A DNA stretch of 64,000 bases from a virus. Below, in pieces: positions 56,713 through 64,000 of this stretch (positions within the stretch are counted from its first letter, which is position 1; every line of letters begins with the position of its first letter). The notes under the pieces are model-generated. The model did no database searches, was not told where the DNA came from, and saw only the letters and a list, made by a program, of their open reading frames with translations. The stretch is from the IMG/VR virus record IMGVR_UViG_3300042894_005670; one strand, given 5' to 3'. A program made the translations under genes and the position numbers.

Positions 56713-56829
56713 TTAGCCTGAACCCCTGCCCCCAATATCCTCAAAATTATATGAGCGAGCATGGGGGATTGCACACCAACTTGGTTGTGTACCCTTTGCT
56801 AAACTCATCGTGTTTCTGAGACTTTTCAT
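56713..56829 (-). CDS. Putative attenuator leader peptide (38 aa)
   Basis: MKSLRNTMSLAKGTQPSWCAIPHARSYNFEDIGGRGSG*; last codons overlap the antiterminator arm. Confidence 0.65.
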   Translation of the reverse strand: MKSLRNTMSLAKGTQPSWCAIPHARSYNFEDIGGRGSG

Positions 56830-56944
56830 GTTTGTAACTTTACCTTATAAAATTTACTTTGTCAACTACTTTTGTATCTTAATGTAAGGTTATTTATACA
56901 TTGTTGTAAAAACCATACAAAAAAGCCATATTTTTTGCATATTT

Positions 56945-57023
<79 letters not shown>

Positions 57024-57064
57024 ATCATGTTTCGTACGATAGCAGACAATTATTTAGCTGTCAA

Positions 57065-57919
57065 CTACTTTAAACCCATTTCTTTCCTAATTTGTGTTGC
57101 ACTTATACTTGTAATACTTTCGTCGAATGTTTCTTCACCACTTGTATATCCTACACCACGACCCCAACCAATATGTACGATGTTTGGTACTAACATAATT
57201 TCATATTGCCCTTGGTACAATGGGTCTAAATCACGTTTAATATAGCCCTTTACTTGTTCTACGTTAAAGGGGTTACTACCTTGCCATCCTTGAACATCAC
57301 GTATTTGTATAATAACTTGTCCTGTGCGTTCAAGTAATCGTTCAAATAGGGCACGATGACCTGCATGCCAAGGTTGCCAACGTCCTAGCATCTGCACCGT
57401 TTCTTTACGCCAATCAAAAGTTGGTCTACGTTTTTCAGCCATAATATGTTTACCAATAAACTGCACCCAAAAATCAGCATTTTTTTCAGTAATACGGAAA
57501 TCATATATTTCAGGTGGTATGAATGCTTTGTTAGTATCTTCATATCTACCTGCATCAATTGTGTCCATCCATATCGTCCAATCTGCTTTAAAATTGTTAC
57601 GCATTTCAACTAATGGTGCTACAAAATCACAAATAACATAGTCACTACCACTGTTTATTGCAAAATCTGCCATACGTATTGATTGACGTATACGTCCTTC
57701 AGTGCTGAAATCCCAATCATTATACCGTTTACGAACATCATCAGCGTTAAACCATTTTACTGTAGGTTTCCATTGGAGAGGAACTATCTCGTACTCAGCT
57801 AATTTAGACATAGGTATTTCTGTAACACTTCTTGGTTGTTCTAGATAAGCTTTTAGCCGTTCAGCTAGGTATGTCTTGCCCGCCCCAGGCAGTCCCATGA
57901 TAAGAATTTTAGTAGTCAT
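57065..57919 (-). CDS. APS-kinase-like P-loop domain fused to a nucleotidyltransferase domain
   Basis: GLPGAGKT, ADDVR..DWDFS.EGR.RQ; GRWQPWHAGH. Confidence 0.82.
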   Translation of the reverse strand: MTTKILIMGLPGAGKTYLAERLKAYLEQPRSVTEIPMSKLAEYEIVPLQWKPTVKWFNADDVRKRYNDWDFSTEGRIRQSIRMADFAINSGSDYVICDFVAPLVEMRNNFKADWTIWMDTIDAGRYEDTNKAFIPPEIYDFRITEKNADFWVQFIGKHIMAEKRRPTFDWRKETVQMLGRWQPWHAGHRALFERLLERTGQVIIQIRDVQGWQGSNPFNVEQVKGYIKRDLDPLYQGQYEIMLVPNIVHIGWGRGVGYTSGEETFDESITSISATQIRKEMGLK

Positions 57920-57959
57920 AATTTTATTTAATGTCATTATTAGTATGTAAATAATTTGT

Positions 57960-58523
57960 ATGAACTATGATGCTTTTAGCCACGGACAAATTGAGAGTAA
58001 AATTTGGTTGTGTGAAGAATTAGAACCATTTTTAAAACACAATTCAGTTATTTGGGTGTTAGGAAGTTGGTATAACACTACTGCTCTATTATTACATACA
58101 CGTAAACCATACTTTTACAAAATGATTGTAGGATATGATAATAATCCATTATGCAAGGATATTGCGGATAAAGTATGTGCAGCATGGACAATACATGCTC
58201 CGATACGTGTTAGTAATTTTACAGCAGATGTAAATGAATTAGATTGGTCTAATCCACCTGATTGTGTTATAAACTGTAGTGCAGAACACTTTGACAGTCA
58301 ACAATGGTACAAAGATGTACCCAATGATGTTTTATTGTGTATACAAAGCACCAATATTGATGATCCTGACTTACCATGGTTAATTAAGAACCCTAGCACA
58401 TCATACGTTCATTTTGAGTACAATTATCCTATGCAAGACAAATTATTTCATGGCATACATAGAGTTAAGATGAGAAGTGATTCTAGTGGCTATGATAGAT
58501 TTATGATGATTGGTTATAAGTAA
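57960..58523 (+). CDS. SAM-dependent methyltransferase-like protein
   Basis: SKIWL, VLGSWY, INCSAEH, RFMMIG. Confidence 0.7.
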   Translation: MNYDAFSHGQIESKIWLCEELEPFLKHNSVIWVLGSWYNTTALLLHTRKPYFYKMIVGYDNNPLCKDIADKVCAAWTIHAPIRVSNFTADVNELDWSNPPDCVINCSAEHFDSQQWYKDVPNDVLLCIQSTNIDDPDLPWLIKNPSTSYVHFEYNYPMQDKLFHGIHRVKMRSDSSGYDRFMMIGYK

Positions 58524-58955
58524 CTCACAATAAGCATTAGCGTCACTTGTTTCACTTTTTTCCCAAGTTGATGTTATTGTAAACCCTGCTGCTTCATAAG
58601 TTTTTTGGCTTGTTTGTCTTGGATAACTCCATATTAGCGTAGCATGTTCATTAATACCTTGTTGAATCGTATACAACAATAGTAATGTTCCTATGCCTTG
58701 TTTTCTATAACGATCATCCACCCATAGCCCACGTGAACGATAATGATTATCATTACATAAATGTCCGCTATTGACTGCTATAATTTGTTTATTACAACTA
58801 AATCCAAAAAAAGTGGGTATTGTAGTTTTATTATAATCATTGTATCCGCCTTTATAACACATTGCGCTGTGTGATTCAATAGGTGAATCACGATGAGTCC
58901 ACAATTTAGTAGACCATATATTAAAAATTTCATCAAAAGTGAGTTGAATAATCAT
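58443..58955 (-). CDS. GNAT acetyltransferase
   Basis: RGLWVDDRYRKQGIG..LL; YEAAGF. Confidence 0.85.
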   Translation of the reverse strand: MIIQLTFDEIFNIWSTKLWTHRDSPIESHSAMCYKGGYNDYNKTTIPTFFGFSCNKQIIAVNSGHLCNDNHYRSRGLWVDDRYRKQGIGTLLLLYTIQQGINEHATLIWSYPRQTSQKTYEAAGFTITSTWEKSETSDANAYCELLITNHHKSIIATRITSHLNSMYAMK

Positions 58956-59008
58956 ACTGATTTATTTACATCATGAAGTTAGAATAAATATAATATAAGG
59001 ATAATCAT

Positions 59009-60268
59009 ATGTACACGCATAGTTTTAATCATGACATAGATCAATATTTTGCAAAGAAAGGTGTAAAAGTTGTTTATAACACCTTAATGGCAGATGAATA
59101 TTTAATGAGGTCATTTGTTAAAGACTATCAACATATTGTAGATCGTATGCCTGATAAAAAATCAAGAACAGCAAAAACTGATATTTACCAAACCATGTAT
59201 CCTATAGAATCAAGAAAAAAACTTACAGGGTTTGAAAATATCCGTAAGCTTGATATGAAAAAACGTTTACAACTTAATAATATTGTACCAAAACCAAATC
59301 GTATGTTACCACTTTTTACTTTAGGTAAAGTACAGAGCAAACAAGATAACCATGAAGTAAAATCTTTAAAATACAAAGAAGCATTAAAGAATAAGTTACA
59401 AACTTATGAAAATCCTATATTATATTTAAGTGGTGGAGCGGATAGTGAATTAGTAGCTTATGCTTTACTTGATAGTGGTATAAAATTTAAAGTAGTAATT
59501 TGTCAATGGATGTTAGAAGATGGTACATGTGCCAATCATGATGACATTAAGTATGCTTTAAACTTTTGCGGTAACCAAAAAATTGTACCCATTATTAAAA
59601 AAATAAACATTGTTGATGTATGGAATTCAAAATTATTTGATCAGATAGCAATTAATACGTACCAACGTAGCCCACAAATGGCATTACATGCTTATATTAT
59701 AGAAATGATGGATGATGAGTTACCAAATCATACGCACTTGATGGGTGGTGAAATTAATTTTGTATCTGACCATGTATATGAAGGTGATGATTTAGAGCGT
59801 AACATTATTTGGTATGATAAAGCTAGCTTCATGGTACCTGCAGGACAAGCATGGGGTGTTGCACAATCTGTCATTTATTCTCCCTTACCATCAGGTGATT
59901 ATAATTTTAGTATTTTTCAAATGGGTTCAACTCAAATTGTTTGGAGTTCACGTGAATTTGGGTCTAATTATCAGACATTTACATGGCTTGAAACTCCCTA
60001 TAATAGTACGCAATGGTATAAAAGAGTAAGTAATTCATTTAATGTATCATCAAACAATCCTACTGCAATACCTGATTGGTATCCTGGAAGTTCATCAACG
60101 TCATATTCAACAGGTAGTTTATCATGTTTAGTACAATTACGTAATGCTACAGCCTCAGGTGCGAATGGTTACTTGGAAAGACAATTTTCTATAGAGGTTT
60201 ACGGCGACCTTAGCCCAGGCGTCATCGGTGGTGGTTTTTTTGTTCAATATGTGTGGAACAACTTCTAG
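59009..60268 (+). CDS. PP-loop (asparagine-synthase-like adenine nucleotide alpha hydrolase) protein with beta-rich C-terminal domain, copy A
   Basis: LYLSGGADSE, SPQ, MGGE; RKKLTGFE near the N-terminus. Confidence 0.75.
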   Translation: MYTHSFNHDIDQYFAKKGVKVVYNTLMADEYLMRSFVKDYQHIVDRMPDKKSRTAKTDIYQTMYPIESRKKLTGFENIRKLDMKKRLQLNNIVPKPNRMLPLFTLGKVQSKQDNHEVKSLKYKEALKNKLQTYENPILYLSGGADSELVAYALLDSGIKFKVVICQWMLEDGTCANHDDIKYALNFCGNQKIVPIIKKINIVDVWNSKLFDQIAINTYQRSPQMALHAYIIEMMDDELPNHTHLMGGEINFVSDHVYEGDDLERNIIWYDKASFMVPAGQAWGVAQSVIYSPLPSGDYNFSIFQMGSTQIVWSSREFGSNYQTFTWLETPYNSTQWYKRVSNSFNVSSNNPTAIPDWYPGSSSTSYSTGSLSCLVQLRNATASGANGYLERQFSIEVYGDLSPGVIGGGFFVQYVWNNF

Positions 60269-60276
60269 GATAAATT

Positions 60277-60726
60277 ATGAAAGAATACTTAATAACAACT
60301 TGCAGAGAACATGAAAACATGGCTTTTATGCATGTTCCACATTTGTTTAATGACATTGTTGCAAGACGTTTGGCACGTATAAAACAGGCATACTCAACTT
60401 ATACAAATGGTGAATACATAATTGAACCATTACCTACTTTAGAATCGTTACAAGCTATGGTAAATAGTGTTACTGATAATAGTAAAGTAGGAGTATTAGG
60501 ATTAACAAATATAAAAACTCAACAGCAATCAAAGGCTGCACAAGATATAGCAAATGGAAATTATGCTGCTGAGGGAAATGAAGCATGGAATTACCGTCAA
60601 AATTACTTACAAAAGCATGAAGAGTTTGCGAATATATTTCCAAATAGTTTAGAAAATACGATAAGAGAACAAGAACGCTTGGAAATATATACTGAATTAC
60701 ATAAATTAGGTTATGCCTTGTATTAA
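60277..60726 (+). CDS. Hypothetical partner protein, copy A
   Basis: DIANGNYAAEGNEAWNY shared with 62019-62456. Confidence 0.75.
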   Translation: MKEYLITTCREHENMAFMHVPHLFNDIVARRLARIKQAYSTYTNGEYIIEPLPTLESLQAMVNSVTDNSKVGVLGLTNIKTQQQSKAAQDIANGNYAAEGNEAWNYRQNYLQKHEEFANIFPNSLENTIREQERLEIYTELHKLGYALY

Positions 60727-60743
60727 AAATTAGGAAAATTAGG

Positions 60744-62009
60744 ATGCAAACTGACAAAAAGATTATCACTTTAACTGAACAACATGTTAAAGATTTTAAA
60801 AATTATAAACATTCTTACGTAGATGATATTGACACATACTTCGCTAAAAAAGGTATAAGGGTTGTTTATAATACGTTAATGGGAAGTGAAATTTTAGCTC
60901 GGTCATTTGTTAAAGATTATCAACATATGGTAGATCGTGCTTATAGTAGACATTTTAAGTTTATCAAAAATGATGTTTACCAAACAATGTATCCTATCGT
61001 ATCAAGAAAAAAATTAACAGGCTTTGAGGGTATTAAAAAGTGGGATCTTAAAAAACGTGCTTATCTAAATGAAATTGTACCTATACGTAATAGAATGTTT
61101 CCTTTATCATCACTTGGCGTAACGCAAACTATTTCTGAAAATAAATGGGTACAAAAGGCAAGTTTTAAAGAGCAATTAAAGTTAAGTGTTCGTGGATATG
61201 AAAATCCATTATTGTATTTAAGTGGTGGTGGCGATAGTGAATTAGTTGCATATTCATTATTAGATGCGGGTGTAAAATTTAAAGTAGTAATATGCAAATT
61301 TATTTTAGATGATGGTTCATGCGCTAACTATGATGACATAAAGTATGCTTTTGCTTTTTGTAAAAAAGAAAATATTATTCCTATCGTAAAAGAAATTAAA
61401 ATTAGTGAAGCATGGAATGATTCATTATTTGATGAAATTGCCTGTGGTACTTATTCACGTAGCCCACAAATAGCAACACATGCATATATGGTTGAAATGT
61501 TAAATGCAGAATATCCTAACCATACTCATTTATTTGGTGGAGAAATTAGGTTTCATTCATGCTCAAAATTTGATTGGGAAAAAGGTGCACCATGGCATAA
61601 TACAATTTATTTTGCAAAGATACCTGGGGTGTTAGGGCATTATACAGCAACAAGAACTTCATCAGGTGGCGGAACTACTTTCGCAATAGTATCATTTGCT
61701 TTTTCAGGTCACTTTGGTGTAAACCGAGTCCCAGGTGGTTCACAGTTTATAATGTACGATGCTGCACCCGCAGGGTCAATACAAGGTCAAACTAACGGAA
61801 ATTACACAATCAATGATTCAGGAACAGGTAATTCTCAAGCGTTTCCTGATTCTCCATTTACTCCATCATGGTCATCTTCTGATGCAAGTGTATTAGCAAG
61901 TGTAAGCGGAGCAACTATATCAAGATATTGGGGATTAGAAATATATTACAGTAGTCCAAGTGTCACAGCCGCAGAGGGACATAGCCTAGAAGTAGTTAAC
62001 GCATTTTAA
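60744..62009 (+). CDS. PP-loop protein with beta-rich C-terminal domain, copy B
   Basis: LYLSGGGDSE; paralogue of 59009-60268. Confidence 0.75.
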   Translation: MQTDKKIITLTEQHVKDFKNYKHSYVDDIDTYFAKKGIRVVYNTLMGSEILARSFVKDYQHMVDRAYSRHFKFIKNDVYQTMYPIVSRKKLTGFEGIKKWDLKKRAYLNEIVPIRNRMFPLSSLGVTQTISENKWVQKASFKEQLKLSVRGYENPLLYLSGGGDSELVAYSLLDAGVKFKVVICKFILDDGSCANYDDIKYAFAFCKKENIIPIVKEIKISEAWNDSLFDEIACGTYSRSPQIATHAYMVEMLNAEYPNHTHLFGGEIRFHSCSKFDWEKGAPWHNTIYFAKIPGVLGHYTATRTSSGGGTTFAIVSFAFSGHFGVNRVPGGSQFIMYDAAPAGSIQGQTNGNYTINDSGTGNSQAFPDSPFTPSWSSSDASVLASVSGATISRYWGLEIYYSSPSVTAAEGHSLEVVNAF

Positions 62010-62018
62010 AGGATTAGT

Positions 62019-62456
62019 ATGGAATCTAATAATTATATAACTGATGATTTTGAAAATGATAGATTATTAAGAATTAATTTTGGAAAAGAATATTCAACAA
62101 CATTAATGGATAGAGCTAATAGAGAAAAAGAAGCATTTGCCAAATTTTCTAATAATATGTTTCCTCATCAACCCTTAGTAACTTTAGAATGGCTACAAAA
62201 AAGAGCTAAAACTCCTTGGCAAGCTGAATGGCATTATAAACAAAATCAAGATATTGGTGAGATTCGTCAAAAAGCTGAAGAAGATATAGCTAATGGCAAT
62301 TATGCGGCAGAAGGAAATGAACATTGGGAATATAAAAAGAATTATGAAGCAGCCGTTGATCAGTTTAATAACAATTGGCCTGATTTAGTCGAATACAATA
62401 TTCGTAAACAAGAAAAAGATTCACTACTAAAATTACTTAGCCAATTGCAAACATGA
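62019..62456 (+). CDS. Hypothetical partner protein, copy B
   Basis: DIANGNYAAEGNEHWEY. Confidence 0.75.
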   Translation: MESNNYITDDFENDRLLRINFGKEYSTTLMDRANREKEAFAKFSNNMFPHQPLVTLEWLQKRAKTPWQAEWHYKQNQDIGEIRQKAEEDIANGNYAAEGNEHWEYKKNYEAAVDQFNNNWPDLVEYNIRKQEKDSLLKLLSQLQT

Positions 62457-63034
62457 TTTATGTACTTGATAGTTTTGTTGCTACTAATTCTCATAGCCAA
62501 ATACTTTCAAAAATCATTAGAGATCATACAAGTGAAATTATAGAACTTGTTGAATTACCATCATTAACTTCGTCAGTACAATTATCTAAAGTAATATCAA
62601 ATTTAATTCATAAAATCAAACCAAATGATGTTGTATTAGCAGCATGGGGTGTACGTGGTGACCATCATATTGACGAACTATTTTCTGCACTTGCACAAAA
62701 TTGTTTTGTTATTGTTGCAGCGGGAAATAGTAACGAACCTATTGAAAATTATTCGCCCACTAGAGCAGATAATGTTTTTTGTATTGGTGCACTTAATAAA
62801 AATGGTGTAAAAGCTTCACATAGTAATTATAGTGAATTTAAGGATCTTACTTGGATATGTGGAACTAATTATTATGTTGATGGTGTGCCACATAGTGGTA
62901 CAAGTATTAGCGCAGCAATTTATGCAGGTATGCTAGCTGAATCTATAAGAATCAACAATACTGATTACTTATTTACATTGATTGATAATTATCATAAACG
63001 AGTATATGCAGAAGTTAATCATAAGATTTTATAA
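62453..63034 (+). CDS. Compact subtilisin-like (S8) peptidase
   Basis: VLDS, SH, VAAGN, SGTSISAA. Confidence 0.75.
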   Translation: MIYVLDSFVATNSHSQILSKIIRDHTSEIIELVELPSLTSSVQLSKVISNLIHKIKPNDVVLAAWGVRGDHHIDELFSALAQNCFVIVAAGNSNEPIENYSPTRADNVFCIGALNKNGVKASHSNYSEFKDLTWICGTNYYVDGVPHSGTSISAAIYAGMLAESIRINNTDYLFTLIDNYHKRVYAEVNHKIL

Positions 63035-63389
63035 TCCATCCTAGTTTAAGTATATCCTCACGTACTTCGTCTGTAACAAAACTTTCTTCAACGTATCGTT
63101 CTTTTAGTAAATCGTTTGTTATGTCAAAGTTTATACCGCTACAATAATAATCTAGGTAATCTTCATTGCGATTACGTAATTTAGCAACAATTTGTCCTGC
63201 TGTTCGCCAAGAAGCAGTCCACGGATCATCGGTTAAAATAGCTAATGAATCGCTTGTTTTATAAAACTTATTGTTGCATATTGCAGCGTATATATTTTGT
63301 GCATAGTATTGGTCAGACAATTTTTCCAAGAACCAAGATGCAGACTGCATATCTTGTTCTAAATTATAATTGGCTGCATCGTATTTCAT
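63015..63389 (-). CDS. Conserved hypothetical phage protein
   Basis: YAQNIYAAICNN, SWRTAG, DYLDYYCSG. Confidence 0.7.
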   Translation of the reverse strand: MKYDAANYNLEQDMQSASWFLEKLSDQYYAQNIYAAICNNKFYKTSDSLAILTDDPWTASWRTAGQIVAKLRNRNEDYLDYYCSGINFDITNDLLKERYVEESFVTDEVREDILKLGWIIKSYD

Positions 63390-63390
63390 A

Positions 63391-63618
63391 TTAGTATTTA
63401 CTGTCTTTTGTCTTGGTAAAATCTAACTTTAATAATCCAAATGCCCACATGAAAATGGAAACTGCAACCCAATTTTCAAAAGAATATTCAAGAAAATGAA
63501 ATTTTGAAAATAAAGTATTCCATGCCCATACTAAAGCAAAAGGAGAAAAGATTACTACAAAAGCAATAAGCAAAAGCCCAACAATACCAATAATAACATT
63601 TGCATTAAATTTTTGCAT
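63391..63618 (-). CDS. Small membrane protein
   Basis: two hydrophobic segments; AAGGAG RBS. Confidence 0.6.
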   Translation of the reverse strand: MQKFNANVIIGIVGLLLIAFVVIFSPFALVWAWNTLFSKFHFLEYSFENWVAVSIFMWAFGLLKLDFTKTKDSKY

Positions 63619-64000
63619 GGTTTGTCTCCTTAATATGGCTATTCTCAATTTCTTTCTCCTTTCCTTTCATATAAAAAATATGATTACCAATACGTTTTAA
63701 TTTCTTATATGTCCATTGTGGATTGACATATGTTGCATGAAAATACAAAACATTGTTTGGTATAATATCGTGTCCATAGTTTTCCAACAATACTTTACGA
63801 GCAATTTCTTCTGCTTTTTGATATTGAGAACTATTTACGTTAGGCGTAGTTTTACCCTCACAAACCCAACTAAATTGGCATAGCCTTTTTAATAGTTCAG
63901 GTTCTTTAGGGTCAGGTACATTATGTTGTGCATAAACAACTTTACATGGTGTACTACCAAAACCATGTAACATGCGGTTTACAACAACACGAGCAACGGC
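63605..64000 (-). CDS. SleB-like cell wall hydrolase (Hydrolase_2), 5' truncated by window
   Basis: AVARVVVNR, CQFSW, LYFHATYVNPQW, IGNHIFY. Confidence 0.88.
   Translation of the reverse strand, partial: AVARVVVNRMLHGFGSTPCKVVYAQHNVPDPKEPELLKRLCQFSWVCEGKTTPNVNSSQYQKAEEIARKVLLENYGHDIIPNNVLYFHATYVNPQWTYKKLKRIGNHIFYMKGKEKEIENSHIKETNHAKI

Noticed and set aside
56701-56829. Leader peptide containing all 20 amino acids
   Set aside because: Careful frame counting gives a TAA stop at 56715-56713 and no Val codon, so the count is 19 of 20.

Overview
AT-rich window from a large (jumbo/huge) tailed dsDNA phage with T4-like regulatory features: TAAATA late-promoter motifs and near-consensus sigma70 early promoters. 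PstS, PhoX and IF-1 look proteobacterial (inference). Layout: 1-6.1 kb is a translationally coupled array of ~25 small ORFs, most ending in F-x-L-R-W-[SA] and joined by a conserved TTGAGGTGGTCATGA junction. 6-16 kb holds auxiliary metabolic genes, including a Pho-box-preceded PhoX-PstS-PlcP-like-glycosyltransferase module. 16-41 kb holds virion, late and lysis genes (two long tail-fibre-like proteins, LamG proteins, GH19, SOD, IF-1, ErpA/IscA). 41-50 kb is minus-strand early genes with repeated promoter cassettes, a DUF2828 (TROVE-like/vWA) gene and an RNAP omega homologue. 45.6-57 kb is a minus-strand cluster of 19 tRNA genes, including tRNA-Asn split by a group I intron, plus a GGQ release-factor homologue and homing endonucleases. 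57-64 kb holds modification-type enzymes and a duplicated PP-loop module. Most notable: (1) a candidate transcription attenuator at the head of the tRNA cluster whose leader peptide contains 19 of the 20 amino acids; (2) the LRWS cassette array; (3) three RNAs with shared terminal stems, two directly upstream of the DUF2828 gene and one a permuted tRNA mimic; (4) the intron-split tRNA-Asn; (5) a putative phage lipid-remodelling Pho regulon. All family assignments come from motif recognition by eye; no searches were run.
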